DNA of 64,000 bases from Chrysomallon squamiferum (GCA_012295275.1 CM022667.1:4712001-4776000); one strand, 5' to 3'. Positions 38,132 through 53,665 are shown, counted from the stretch's first letter. Numbers and translations are program-made. The notes: a model not told the origin generated them from the sequence alone.

Positions 38132-40037
38132 GAATCCAAAAACAGAAAGAAAAAAAGAAAAAAGATAATTTGCTATCAAGTGATAGAAACAGATATTTAA
38201 GTAATTTACGTGTTTCTTTTCTAGTGTTTCAAACTCTGAAAACATAAATGTTTCTGTGTTAAGAAAAGAGCTGATAATTACAGTGGTGTGTTCTATGCGA
38301 ATCTACTGGGATCTGGAAACTAGTTCTTTATAGTTTTCCTTCGTCATAGCACTCACTGAAATAAACGCAACTATGTGCAACCTTTTCCATCCGCCAGAAC
38401 AACATTGAAAAATATATTTTATTTTATTCCTTTGAAGGAATCCTGAAATGACTTTATTTACTTCAGCTTACTACGTTTGTTTTGAAGAATTCCTTTTATT
38501 ATGACGTCATTAAAGATTACTACAGTTAACTATCTGTTTGGTTCCTCGAATTTTCTCATAGTATCTCGCATAGATCGTGAGTTTGAAATATATATATATC
38601 TTTTTATTTATTACTTATATATTACCTACGCCAGTTCAGATGGAATACACCCTAAAACAATCGTTGAGCTCGTGTTAATTTTCTTTCAACAGAATACAAC
38701 TTTGTCTCTCTTTCCCAACAGAGATGAATTATTTAAACTGTTTATAGGGAACAATGAATAAAATATGTTGCCTGATCAGATACTGTTACCTCAGAAAACA
38801 AGAATCGTTTTTTTTTCTCTAGGCAAGACAACTGGAATGGGAATACTTTCTACGCAAAACAGAGAAATAACACTTCAGAAGGCTCTTGTAAAGAACTAAA
38901 TTATTAAAGGGATAATGAGGGTTCAAAGTAGGTACACTAAGGATTAAACAAACAAAAACAAAACAAGCACAGAATTAAGAGAGAGATAAGCGTTTCGTTT
39001 GAACGATTACAAAATTAACTAAGCGTTGTAACTAAGTGTATGTCTTTTTCACTTTCTATGTGATTGTAACTTGAGTATTTTTCTTCTGGCTTTTTTCTTT
39101 AATTTTACTTTTATGAATGAACCCATCGATCTTCTCCTAATAGAACCTTCTCGATTATTATAGACGTTTTTTGACAAAATTATATACGAATGGGCAATTA
39201 GATTTTTTTCATTATTATTATTTTATCTCCCTTCACTAGGTTGGACCGTTATTCAGACATTGGTAAATGTTCTAGAAACTCTGTTTTATCATTTTTTCTA
39301 CGGTTTGGACATGTGCTTTAGATTTTCTATAACTGTCCTATGACCAGATTAAAATGAAAATGTTTACATAGAGAGTGTTTTCGCGTCTATGTATATGTCT
39401 TTCTCTCCATTTATCTATCAGTCTTTCTCTCCATTTTCCTATGTATCTATCTATCTATCTATCTATCTATTTATCTATCTATTCATCCATGAATCCATCT
39501 ATCTTTTCTATAGTTGTAAAAATGTTGATATAGAGAGTGTATTCGCGTCTATGTATCTGTCTTTCTGTCCATCTATGTGTCTATCTCTCTATCTGTCTAC
39601 CTACCTATGTATCTATCTATCGGTCTGTCTGTCTGTTTCTCTCTCTTTATCTATCTATCTATCTATGTAGCTGTCTCTATGCATTCATCTATTAATCCAT
39701 CTATCTCTTCTATAGTTCTGTATCTCTATCTGTCGAGTGTTTTTAAAGTCACAAAGCAGAACTTCTCTCTGTTACACTAAACATTTATGTGAAAAAAATG
39801 AATAATTACTGTTCAGTCTTGTGTTCGGTCTCAGCTCAGTCACAAAATACAAGAAGCTTACATCATCTTGGTATAAGACATTGTCTATATTTCCGAAAGA
39901 GACAAAGCTATGATAAATTATTTAATCAACAAGTAATCATAAAATAAACATTTCAATATAGGCTACAAGTCTGTCATTGTTCAGTTTTTACTGTTAGAAT
40001 CAGGTAGACTAGAAACTCGGTAAAAAGAAGGAACAAA

Positions 40038-40702
40038 ATGCAGTACAGGACATGTTTGCTTTTACAGGCTGTTGTCTCATCACTAGTAACTGCTTTACTT
40101 AGGTAAGTGTGCAGTAATTTTATTTTATTTAAATCTTGTACAAATACACACTCATACACTTTCTGTCTGTCTCTACCTTCCTCCTTTCTGTCTATCTCGC
40201 TCTGCCTCTCTGTCTCTCTTTAATCTATCCTTTCATCCTACCATCCATTCATTCATCCATCCATCCGTCCGTCTGTTTGTCTCTCTCTCTCTGTATAAAT
40301 ATTTTCATCAATCGGATATTCTGTGTGTGTTTCTGTGTGTGTCTGTGTATCTCTGTCTCTCACTCCGACTCCTGGCTTTGTCTCCTCTCTTTGACATGTC
40401 TACAGCAGACTTTATTTAGATTTATTTTCTCTATTGTATTTATGGTTACTGTTGTTTTATTTTTTGATTATTAATTGGTCACATTTAGCTGTGATATCAA
40501 TCTGTCCTCTAAGTGGATCATCAATCACGACTTTGATGATCTTGTCGCCTCTGACATCCTCCTGGAATCCCTCACCAACGTCATAAACGTCGAACAGTGT
40601 GGACACGAATGCGCCTGAAATATCAAGTGCCTCTCATTTTCATATAACGAAAAACATATCTGTCATTTGCATAATGACAGATTTTCGAAGGACGGCAGTT
40701 AC
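40038..40702 (+). pseudogene. PAN + C-type lectin pseudogene, copy 6 (premature stop; exons 3-4 deleted)
   Basis: Exon 1 40038-40102; exon 2 from 40489 with AGA>TGA at 40616-40618; homology ends at ~40702 and jumps via filler aagag into spacer sequence (tgaacaagactgaaaaatata). Confidence 0.9.
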
Positions 40703-41766
40703 AAGAGTGAACAAGACTGAAAAATATATTTTATTTTAATCCTTTGAAGGAATACTGAAATGACTTTATTTACTTCAGCTTACTACGTTCGTTTTGAAGA
40801 ATTCCTTTTATTATGAAGTCATTATCGACTAGTTCAATTAAAGATCAATTTCGTTTCTCGAATTTTCTCGAAGGATCTGGGATAGATAGTGAATTTGGAA
40901 AACAAATTATTTTTGTTTTTAAATATTTTACTTACTTTTTACCTACGCTGGTTCAAATGGAATACACCCTAAAACAATCGTTCAGCTCGTCTTAATTTTC
41001 TTTCAACAGAATACAACTTTGTCTCTCTTTCCCAACAGAGATGAATTATTTATACTGTTTACAGGGAACAATGAATAAAATATGTTGACTGATCAGATTA
41101 GGTTACATCAGCACACAAGAATCGTTTTTTTGTTTTCTCTGTTCTACAACTGGAATGGGAATACTTTCTACGCAATAGAGAGAAATAACACAACAGAGCG
41201 CTCTTGTAAAGAACTAAATTGTTAAAACAATAATGGGAGTTCAAAGCAGATACACTAAGTATTAAACAAACAAAAACAAAACAAGCACAGAATCAACAGA
41301 GAGATACGTGTTTCGTTTGGAAGGTTATAAAATTAACTAAGCGTTGTATCTGAGTCTATTTCTTTTTTCACTTTCTATGTGATTGTAACTTGAGTATTTT
41401 TCTTCTGGCTTTTTTCTTTACATTTACTTTTATCTGTCAGTGCGGATGCGCATTCAGACGACTGAAAATGAAGTCATCAATCTTCTCCCAGTAGAACCTT
41501 CCCTGTCTTTCTCGATTATTATAGTCGTTTTTAGACAAAATTATATACTTATCTGAAATTAGATTTTTTTTCACTATTATTTTATCTGCCTTCACTAGGT
41601 TGGACCGTTATTCAGACATTGGTAAATGTTCTATTAACTGTTTTATCATTTTTCTCTACGGTTTGAACATGTGCTTTAGATTTTCCATGCCTGTCCTATG
41701 ACCATATTAAACAAAAATTTGGATATAGAGAGTTTATTCCCGTCTATGTATCTGTCTTTTTGTCTC

Positions 41767-41877
<111 letters not shown>

Positions 41878-42303
41878 GTCTATCTGTCTGTCTATCTCTG
41901 TCTTTATCTTTATCTATCTATCTAGCTGTCTCTCTATGTATTCATCCATTAATCCATCTATCTCTTCTATAGTTCTGTATCTCTATCTGTCGACTGTTTT
42001 TAAAGTCACAAAGCAGAACTTCTCTCTGTTACACTAAACATTTATGTGAAAAAATGAATAATTACTGTTCATATTTGTGTTTGGTCTCACCTCAGTCAGA
42101 TAATACAAAGAGCTTACTTCACCTGGGTATAAAACACAGTCTGTGTTTCCGCAACTGACAAATCTATGATAAATTATTTAATGTTTTGAACACGTAATAA
42201 TAAAATAAATATTTGAATAGAGTCTGCAAGTCTGTCATTGTTCAGTTTTCACTGATAGAATCAGGTAGACTAGAAACTCGGCAAGAAGAAGAAAATAAAA
42301 AAA

Positions 42304-43966
42304 ATGCTTTTCCGGACATGTTTGATTTTACAGGCTGTTGTCTCTTCACTTGTAACTGCTTTACTTAGGTAAGTGTGTAGTAACTTTTGTGTTATTTAAA
42401 CCTTGTACAGCACCCACTGATACGCTTTCTGTCTGTCTGTACCTTCCTCCTTCCTCTGTGTCTCTCACTCTGACTCGTGGCTTTGTATCATCTCTCTTGA
42501 TATGTGTACAGCAGATTTTATTTAGATTTATTTTCTATATTGTATTAATAGTTACTGTTGTTTTATTATTTTATTATTAACTGGTCACATTTAGCTGTGA
42601 TATCAATCTGTCATCTAAGTGGATTATCAATCACGACTTTGATGATTTTGTCGCCTCCTCTGACGTCCTCATGGAATCCCTCACCAACGTCATAAACGTC
42701 GAACAGTGCGGACACGAATGCGCCAGAAATATCAAGTGCCTCTCATTTTCGTATAACGAAAAACATATCTGTCATTTGCATAATGACAGATTTTCGAAGA
42801 ACGTCAGTTACGAGTTTGGTGCAGGATGGATCTACTATTCATACGTCGGTATGTTTCTTTATTCATATTTTTTAAACTCTAAACATTCCTAGAAATAATA
42901 AAAATGTTGAAATATCTTATCTCAAGTGGACATCGACATATTAGGAGAAATTTAAAGAAATCAGAAAATCTATCTGATTAAGTTGTGTTAAAGATAAAAT
43001 AATTTGTTTCAAAAGAAATCGTATATTTTCAGTCTCACAAGTATAAAATATCCTGTATTTTCATTCTCAGAAATTAAAAAAATTCCTTCAATTTCAGTCT
43101 CAGAAATACAAAATACTATATTTTCAGTCTCGTAAGTAAAACTAAATGATGGTATATAGCCGAGTCTCATAAACATGTTAAAAATGATTCGATATTTTGA
43201 ATCTCGTAAATATTAAAGAAATCCTATATTCTTGGGTCGTAAATATTTAAAAATTTCAATATTTTCAGTGTCGCTAGTAAAAAAATTAATTCTCTAAATT
43301 CAGTCTCACAAATAAATCAAGAGTACCTTATTTTAAGACACAGATATATAAAAAGATCATATATGTTCATTTTCGGAAGAAGAAGAAGAAAAAATATTAT
43401 GCTATATTTTCAGTCACACAAGTATAAAAAATCCAACATTTTAAGTTTCACGAATACAAAAAGTCCTATATTTTCAGGACACTGTCCTACTGGAAATGGC
43501 TACATCTTCCTTGAGAACATTGAGGTGTGTTTCAAGATTGTCAACATCAAAAAAAACTGGCATGAAGCTCGTGACTTTTGTAGCAGGTCACGTGACAGAT
43601 TGATCGTCCTCGACACGGATGAGAAAAATACAGCTTTTAGCAACTACGTGAACAAAGCAACAGGTTAATATCTTCATCATCACCATCGTCATATTCATCA
43701 TTAGTTATACTAACAACAATTAATTTTTTTTTTATCATAACATAATTATATTTATGATCATAATCATCATCATCACACCCAACATCATATTCATCTAATA
43801 ACAACTATTTTCATGTCTTTCATGATTGCATAACACATCTATTAACAAAGTCATCGTTTTGTTATCCTCATGTTAGAGATCAAAGGTGTGATTGGTAGAA
43901 ATGTTTCCTCACCAAAGAATTTTGTGATAATTATAAGGAAATAAAATAAAAAATAATGAAATAAAA

Positions 43967-44029
<63 letters not shown>

Positions 44030-44418
44030 AGTTAAATTAAATTAAAAAGGACAGCTGCTCGTTGTTACAAAACATTTCTCGTTGCAGCTGATTTGTTGAA
44101 AATGAAACACAATTTCACACAACCAACTCAAAGTTTAACCATCTTATAATCACGATATTCACTCATTTTTAAATCTGTGCATTTTTGTTGTATTTTTCAG
44201 GTGGTAAAGACATCCATATTGGACTGACTGATGAACAGACGGAAGGAAAGTTTGTTTGGGAGAATGGAAAAAAACTTGCATTTTCTAAGTGGAGAAACGG
44301 GGAACCTGACAATTATGGAGGAATAGAGGACTGTGTGCAGCTTACTTCATCGTTGAGTAAGTGGAATGATATTTCCTGCTCGAAGACCAACATATTTGTC
44401 TGCGAGAAACGAATGTGA
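42304..44418 (+). CDS. PAN + C-type lectin, copy 7 (EPD, WND)
   Basis: Exons 42304-42368 (MLFRTCLILQ...), 42595-42848 (extra Ser codon as in copy 5), 43478-43663, 44201-44418; open frame. Confidence 0.9.
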
Positions 44419-45582
44419 TTATTTCTGTTTTAATGTTCTTGAAGAAACAACCGAAATGTGGAACATAATTATATTAATTTTTGTATTTGCGAAGCTGCAT
44501 GAATAAAAATTACTTTGAGGTTTACTTTTGTTTTTTTCTCAATTTTACTTAAATGTTACCTACGCTAGTTCAGATGGAATACACCCTAAAACAATCGTTG
44601 AGCTCGTGTTAATTTTCTTTCAACCGAATACAACTTTGTCTCTCTTTCCCAACAGAGATGAATTATTTAAACTGTTTATAGGGAACAATGAATAAAATAT
44701 GTTGGTTGTTCAGAGACGTTTACATCAGAAAACAAGAATCGTGTTTTTTGTGTAGGCAAGACAACTGGAATGGGAATACTTTGTACGAAAAACAGAGAAA
44801 TAACACTTCAGAAGGCTCTTGGAAAGAACTAAATTATTAAAGGGATAATGAGGGTTCAAAGTAGGTACACTAAAGGTTAAACAAACAAAAACAAAACAAG
44901 CTCAGAATTAAGAGAGAGATAAGCGTTTCGTTTGAACGATTAGAAAATTAACTAAGCGTTGTAACTAAGTGTATGTCTTTTTCACTTTCTATGTGATTGT
45001 AACTTGAGTATTTTTCTTCTGGCTTTTTTCTTTAATTTTACTTTTATGAATGAACCCATCGATATTCTCCTAATAGAACCTTCTCGATTATTATAGACGT
45101 TTTTTGACAAAATTATGTACGAATGGGCAATTAGATTTTTTCATTATTATTATTTTATCTCCCTTCACTAGGTTGGACCGTTATTCAGACATTGGTAAAT
45201 GTTCTAGTAACTCTGTTTTATCATTTTTCTCTACGGTTTGGACATGTGCTTTAGATTTTCTATAACTGTCCTAAGACCAGATTAAAATGAAAATGTTGAC
45301 ATAGAGAGTGTTTTCGCGTCTATATATATGTCTTTCTCTCCATTTATCTATCTCTCTTTCTCTCCATTTTTTTTCTATCTATCTATCTATCTATCAATCT
45401 ATCTATCTCTCAATCTATCTATCTATCATCTATATATCTATCTATTTATCTATCTATTCATCCATTAATCCATCTATCTTTCCTATAGTTCTAAAAATGT
45501 TGATATAGAGAGTGTATTCGCGTCTATGCATCTGTCTTTCTGTCCATCTATGTATCTATCTCTCTATCTCTGTATATACCTA

Positions 45583-45667
<85 letters not shown>

Positions 45668-45784
45668 GTCTTTCTGTCTGTCTGTCTCTCTTTATCTATC
45701 TATCTATCTATCTAGCTGTCTCTATGAATTCATCTATTAATCAATCTATCTCTTCTATAGTTCTGTACCTCTCTCTGTCGACTG

Positions 45785-46056
45785 TTTTTAAAGTCACAAA
45801 GCAGAACTTCTCTCTGTTACACTAAACATTTATGTGAAAAAAATGAATAATTACTGTTCATTGTTGTGTTCGGTCTCAGCTCAGTCACAAGACATTGTCT
45901 ATATTTCCGAAAGAGACAAAGCTACGATAAATTATTTAATCAACACGTAATAATAAAATAAACATTTCAATATAGTCTGCAAGTCTGTCATTGTTCAGTT
46001 TTTACTGTTAGAATCAGGTAGACTAGAAACTCGGTAAAAAGAAGGAAAAAAATGCA
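45785..46056 (+). pseudogene. Empty array unit B: upstream module plus ATGCA, gene body deleted
   Basis: Same junction as unit A (ATG at 46052, then attattatt). An additional ~30-bp deletion at ~45890 removes the ggtataa TATA-like box. Confidence 0.8.
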
Positions 46057-46373
46057 TTATTATTATTAATATTATTATGATGAAGATCATTATCATTATT
46101 ATTACTATTAATGCGGCTACAAAGAAAAAAGGTAAAAACAGAACACTGACATGAAAATAACACGAGTAAATAATAATTTTAAAAAAATGATAGAAAAAAG
46201 TCAAACTGGAAAGTGAATTTTAAAGAACAGTAGAAGAACATTTTAATTTATTTTCAAAATAATCGAAAGAATCAACCGACACATTTCTGTCTATGATAGC
46301 ATCCAGCTATTTGATTATTATACACCGCATCTTTATTTTAAAATGGAAGTACAACAACAAGAATAACAACAAC

Positions 46374-46462
<89 letters not shown>

Positions 46463-48240
46463 TGATAAAAACAACAACAATAACAAAAACAAAAACAAAG
46501 AAAGAAAAAACATAATTTGCTTTTGGGTGATAGAAACAGATATTTAAGTAATTTACGTGTTTCTTTTCTAGTGTTTCACACTCTGAAAACATAAATTTTT
46601 CTGTGGTTAGAAAAGAGCTAATAATTACAGTGGTGTGTTCTATGCGAATCTACTGGGATCTGGAAACTAGTTCTTTATAGTTTTCCTTCGTCATAGCACT
46701 CACTGAAATAAACGCAACTATGTGCAACCTTTTCCAGGTCCGACTGAACAAGACTGAAAAATATATTTTATTTTAGTCCTTTGAAGGAATCCTGATATGA
46801 CTTTATTTACTTCAGCTTACTACGTTCGTTTTGAAGAATTCCTTTTATTATGACGTCATTAAAGATTACTGCAGTTAACGATCTATTTGGTTCCTAGAAT
46901 TTTCTCATAGTATCTCGCATAGATCGTGAGTTTGAAAAATATATATATATCTATATATTTTAATTTTTTACTTACTTTTTAGCTACGCTAGTTCAGATGG
47001 AATACACCCTAAAACAATCGTTGAGGTCGTGTTAATTTTCTTTCAACAGAATACAACTTTGTCTCTCTTTCCCAACAGAGATGAATTATTTAAACTGTTT
47101 ATAGGGAACAATGAATAAAATATGTTGGTTGTTCAGAGACGTTTACATCAGGAAACAAGAATCGTGTTTTTTGTCTAGGCAAGACAACTGGAATGGGAAT
47201 ACTTTGTCCGCAAAACAGAGAAATAACACTTCAAAAGGCTCTTGTAAAGAACTAAATTATTAAAAGGATAATGAGGGTTCAAAGTTTGTACACTAAGTGT
47301 TAAACAAACAAAAACAAAACAAGCACAGAATTAAGAGAGAGATAAGCGTTTCGTTTGAACGATTAGAAAATTAACTAAGCGTTGTAACTAAGTTTATGTC
47401 TTTTTCACTTTCTATGTGATTCTAACTTGAGTATTTTTCTTCTGGCTTTTTTCTTTAATTTTACTTTTATGAATGAACCCATGAATCTTCTCCTAATAGA
47501 ACCTTCGCGACTATTCTAGACGTTTTTTGACAAAATTATATACGAATGGGCAATTCGATTTTTTTCATTATTATTATTTTATCTCCCTTCACCAGGTTGG
47601 ACCGTTATTCAGACATTGGTAAATGTTCTAGAACCTCTGTTTTATCATTTTGTCTACGGTTTTGACATGTGCTTTAGATTTTCTATAACTGTCCTATGAC
47701 CAGATTAAAATGAAAATGTTGACATAGAGAGTGTTTTCGCGTCTATATATATGTCTTTCTCTCCATTTATCTATCTGCCTTTCTCTCCATTTTTCTATCT
47801 ATCATCTATCTATCTATCTATCTATCTGTCTGTCTGTCTCTCTCTTTATCTATCTATCTATCTATCTATGTAGCTGTCTCTATGTATTCATCTATTAATC
47901 CATCTATCTGTTCTATAGTTCTGTATCTCTATCTGTCGACTGTTTTTAAAGTCACAAAGCAGAACTTGTCTCTGTTACACTAAACATTTATGTGAAAAAA
48001 ATGAATAATTACTGTTCATTCTTGTGTTCGGTCTCACCTGAGTCACAAAATACAAGAAGCTTACATCATCTTGGTATAAGAGATTCTCTATATTTCCGAA
48101 AGAGACAAAGCTATGATAAATTATTTAATCAACACGTAATAATAAAATAAACATTTCAATACAGTCTGCAAGTCTGTCATTGTTCAGTTTTTACTGTTAG
48201 AATCAGGTAGACTAGAAACTCGGTAAAAAGAAGGAACAAA

Positions 48241-50392
48241 ATGCAGTACAGGACATGTTTGCTTTTACAGGCTGTTGTCTCATCACTTGTAACTGCTTTA
48301 CTTAGGTAAGTGTGGAGTAATTTTATTTTATTTAAATATTGTACAAATACACACTCATACACTTTCTGTCTGTCTCTACCTTCCTCCTTTCTGTCTATCT
48401 CGCTCTCCCTCGCTGTCTATCTTTAATCTATCCTTTCATCCTACCATCCATTCATTCATCCATCCATCCACCCGTCTGTTTGCCTCTTTCTATATATATA
48501 TATATTTTCATCAATCGGTTATTCTGTCTGTGTTTCTGTGAGTGTCTGTGTATTTCTGTCTCTCACTCCGACTCCTGGCTTTGGCTCCTCTCGTTTGATA
48601 TGTCTACAGCAGATTTTATTTAGATTGATTTTTTCTATTGTACTTATGGTTACTGTTGTTTTATTATTTTATTATTAACTGGTCACATTTAGCTGTGATA
48701 TCAATCTGTCCTCTAAGTGGATCATCAATCACGAGTTTGATGATGTTGTCGCCTCTGACATCCTCCTGGAATCCCTCAGCAACATCGCAAGCAGAGTACA
48801 GTGTGCAATCGAATGCGCCAGAAATATCAAGTGCCTCTCATTTTCGTATAACGAAAAACATATCTGTCATTTGCATAATGACAGATTTTCGAAGAACGTC
48901 AGTTATGAGTTTGCTGCAGGATGGCGCTACTATTCATACGTCGGTATGTTTCTTTACTAATATTGTTTAAACTCTAAAGATTCCTAGAAATAATAAAAAT
49001 GTTGAAGTATCTCAAGAAATTAGAAAATGGATCTGATTAAGTTGTTTTAAAGATAAAATACATTTTTTTTCAAAAGAAATCGTATATTTTCAGTCTCACA
49101 AGTATGAAAACGTCCTGTATTTTCAGTCTCACAAATATAAAAAAATTCCTCCATTTTCAGTCTCAGAAATACAAAATACTATATTTCCAGTCTCCCAAGT
49201 AAAAATAAATAACGGTATAAAAGTGAGTCTCATAAACATATTTAAAAAGATTCCATATTTCGAATCTCGTAAATATTTAAAATTTTCTATATTTTCAGTG
49301 TCGCAAGTACAAAATTAATTCTCTAAATTCAGTCTCACAAACAAATAAAAAGTACCTTATTTTAAGATACTTATATATAAAAAGATCCTATATGTTGATT
49401 TTCGGAAGAAGAAAAAAAAAAAATAATAATGTTACATTTTCACTCACACATGTATAAAAAATCCAACATTTTCAGTTTCACGAATACAAAAAATCCTATA
49501 TTTTCAGGACACTGTCCTACTGAAAATGGCTACATCTTCCTTAAGGACGTTGATGTGTGCTTCAAGATTGTCAACATCGAAAAAACCTGGCGTGAAGCTC
49601 GTGACTTCTGTAGCAAGTCACGTGACAGATTGATCGTCCTAGATACGGATGAGAAAAATACAGCTTTTAGCAACTACCTGAACAAAGGAACAGGTTAATA
49701 TCATCATCATCACCATCGTCATATTCATCATTAGTTATACTAACAACACTTAATTTTGTTTTTCATCATTGCATATTTATATTTATCATCATAATCATCA
49801 TCATCAGACCCATCATGATATTCATCTAATAACAACTATTTTCATGACTTTCATGATTGCATAATACATCTATTAACTAAGTCATCGTCTTGTTATCCTC
49901 ATGTTAGAGATCAAAGGTGTGCTTGGTAGAAATGTTTCCTCACCAAAGAATTGTGTGATAATTATAAGGAAAGAAAATAAAAAAATAACAAAATAAAATA
50001 AAATAAATAAAATAAATAAAATAAATAAAATAAATAAATAAAGTTAAATTAAAATAAAAAGGACAGCTGCTCGTTCTTACAAAAAATTTCTCGTTCCAGC
50101 TGATTTGTTTAACCATCTTTTAATTACGATATTCACTCATTTTTAAATCTGTGCATTTTTATTCTATTTTTCAGGTGGTAAAGGCATCCATATTGGACTG
50201 AATGATGAACAGACAGAAGGAAAGTTTGTTTGGGAAAATGGAAAAAATCTTGCATTTTCAAAGTGGACAAATGGGGAACCTAATAATGGTCGAGGAATAG
50301 AGGACTGTGTGGAGGTTTTTTCAGCGTCCAGTACATGGAATGATATTTCTTGCTCGTGGATCAACATGTTTGTCTGCGAGAAACGAATGTGA
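48241..50392 (+). CDS. PAN + C-type lectin, copy 8 (EPN, WND)
   Basis: Exons 48241-48305, 48693-48943, 49508-49693, 50175-50392. The last exon (missed by the ORF track) translates GGKGIHIGLNDEQTEGKFVWENGKNLAFSKWTNGEPNNGRGIEDCVEVFSASSTWNDISCSWINMFVCEKRM*. Confidence 0.9.
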
Positions 50393-50565
50393 TTATTTCT
50401 GTTTCAATGTTCTTGAAAAAACAACCGAAATGTGAAACATTATTATAGTAATTTTTGTATTTGCGAAGCTTCATCAATAAAAATTACTTTAAGGTTTACT
50501 TTTGTTTTTTTCTCAATTTTGTTTTCATAATTTCAAACAGACATGATTCTAATATTTTTATTTCT

Positions 50566-50618
<53 letters not shown>

Positions 50619-50944
50619 GTCACTACTATCGCTACTCTGATATTTACTATTGCTATTATTATTATTATTATCATGATGAACATAATCATAATCATTGTTA
50701 CTATTAAAGCGGCTACAAAGAAAAAAGGTAAAAACAAAACAGTGACATGAAAATAACACGACTAAATAATAATTTAAAAAGAAATGATACAAAAAAGTCA
50801 AAATGGAAAGTGAATTTTTAAGAATAGAAGAACTTTTTAATTTATTTTCAAAATAACCGAAAGAATCAACCGACACATTTCTGTCTATGATAGCATCCAG
50901 CTATTCGATTATTATACACCGCATCTTTATTTTAAAATGTAAAT

Positions 50945-50976
<32 letters not shown>

Positions 50977-52955
50977 GATAATAACAATGATAAAAACAAC
51001 AACAATAACAAAAACAGAAAGAAAGAAAGAAAAAAGATAATTTGGTATCAGGTGATAGAAACAGATATTTAATTAATTTACGTGTTTCTTTTCTAGTGTT
51101 TCACACTCTGAAAACATAAATGTTTCTGTGGTTAGAAAAGAGCTGATAATTACAGTGGTGTGTTCTATGCGAATCTACTGGGATCTGGAAACTAGTTCTT
51201 TATAGTTTTCCTTCGTCATAGCACTCACTGAAATAAACGCAACTATGTGCAACCTTTTCCATCCGCCTGAACAACATTGAAAAATATATTTTATTTTCAA
51301 ACCTTTGAAGGAATCCTGATATGACTTTATTTACTTCAGTTTACTACGTTCGTTTTGAAGAATTCCTTTTATTATGACGTCATTAAAGATTACTGCAGTT
51401 AACGATCTATTTGGTTCCTAGAATTTTCTCATAGTATCTCGCATAGATCGTGAGTTTGAAATATATATATATCTATATATTTTAATTTTTTACTTACTTT
51501 TTAGCTACGCTAGTTCAGATGGAATACACCCTAAAACAATCGTTGAGCTCGTGTTAATTTTCTTTCAACCGAATACAACTTTGTCTTTCATTCCCAACAC
51601 AGATGAATTATTTAAACTGTTTATAGGGAACAATGAATAAAATATGTTGGTTGTTCAGAGAAACAAGAATCGTGTTTTTTGTCTAAGCAAGACAACTGGA
51701 ATGGGAATTCTTTGTACGCAAAACAGAGAAATAACACTTCAGAAGGCTCTTGTAAAGAACTAAATTATTAAAGGGCTAATGAGGGTTCAAAGTTTGTACA
51801 CTAAGTGTTAAACAAACAGAAGCAAAACAAGCTCAGAATTAAGAGAGAGATAAGCGTTTCGTTTGAACGATTAGAAAATTAACTAAGCTTTGTAACTAAG
51901 TGTATGTCTTTTTCACTTTTTATGTGATTCTAACTTGAGTATTTTTCTTCTGGCTTTTTCCTTTAATTTTACTTTTATGAATGAATCCATCAATCTTCTA
52001 CTAATAGATCCTTCTCGATTATCATAGACGTTTTTTCAGAAAATTATATACGTATGGGCAATTATATTTTTTCATTATTATTATTTTATCTCCCCTCAGT
52101 AGGTTGGACCGTTATTCAGACATTGGTAAATGTTCTAGAACCTCTGTTTTATCATTTTTCTCTACGGTTTTGACATGTGCTTTAGATGTTCTATAACTGT
52201 CCTATGAACAGATTAAAATAAAGATGGTCACATAGTGAGTTATTCGCTATAAATCTGTCTTTCTCTCCATTTATCTGTTTGTCTTTCTCTGCATTTTTCT
52301 ATGTATCTATCTATCTATTTATCTATCTACTCATCCATTCGCGTCTATGTATCTGTCTTTCTGTCCATCTATGTATCTATCTCACTATCTCTCTATCTAC
52401 CTATGTATCTATCTATCTACTTACCTATCTGTCTGTCTGTCTCTGTCTCTTTTTCTATCTATCTATCTATTTAGCTGTCTCTATGTATTCATCTATTAAT
52501 CCATCTATCTCTTCTATAGTTCTGTATCTCTATCTGTCCAATGTTTTTAAAGCCGGAAAGCAGAACTTCTCTCTGTACACTAAACATTTATGCGAAAAAA
52601 AAAAAAAAATGAATAATTACTGTTCATTTTTGTGTTCGGTCTCAGCTCAGTCACAAAATACAAAATATATTCATCATTAGTTATAGTAACAACACTTAAT
52701 TTCGTTTTTGATCACTGCATAATTATATTCATCATCATCATTACACCCATCATCATATTCATCATTATTTATACTAATAACAACTATTTTCATGTCTTTC
52801 ATGATTGCATAATACATTTATTAACAAAGTGATCGTTTTGTTATCCTCATCTTAGAGATCAAAGGTGTGGTTGGTAGAAATGTTTCCTCACCAAAGAAAT
52901 GTATGATAATTATAATGAAATATATTTAAAAAAATAAATAAAAATAAAATTATAA

Positions 52956-52990
<35 letters not shown>

Positions 52991-53164
52991 ACAAAGTTAA
53001 ATTAAATTTTAAAAGGACCGCTGCTTGTTCTTTCCAATAGTTTCTCGCTGCAGCTGAATTGTTGAAAATGAAACACTATTTCACAAAACCAATTCAGTTT
53101 AATCATCCTGTAATCATGATATTTACTCATTTATAAATTTGTGCAGTTTTGTTGCATTTTTCAG

Positions 53165-53379
53165 GGGGTGCAGAGATCCATATTGGACTGACTGATGAAC
53201 AGACGGAAGGACAGTTTGTTTGGGAGAATGGAAAAAAACTTGCATTGTCAAAGTGGAGCTATGGGGAACCTAATGATGAAGGAAGAGAGGACTGTGTACA
53301 GCTTGCATCACCTTCCAGTACATGGAATGATATTCCCTGCTCGGCGACTAACATATTTGTCTGCGAGAAACGAATGTGA
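53165..53379 (+). pseudogene. Orphan lectin last exon, copy 9 (EPN, WND); exons 1-3 deleted
   Basis: Upstream module is fused to intron-3 sequence at ~52663-52667. The exon keeps its acceptor (tttttcag), open frame (one codon shorter), all three Cys and the stop. Confidence 0.8.
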
Positions 53380-53665
53380 TTATTTCACCATTAATATTCT
53401 TGAAAATAACAACCGAAATGTGAAACACAATAACATTAATGTTTGTATTTACAAAGCTGTATCAATAAAAAGTACTTTACGGTTTAGTTTAGTGTTTTGC
53501 TAAATTTAATAAAAGAAAAATAATTGTATTATTTGGATGTTGACAAATGTTTGTTCGATGTCTCGAGACAAATGCAACAATCTTTTTGACAAGATCCTAA
53601 TGTTTTTATCACTGCAACTGCTTCTGCTACTTCTACTGCTACTACTACAACATTTACTATTATTA

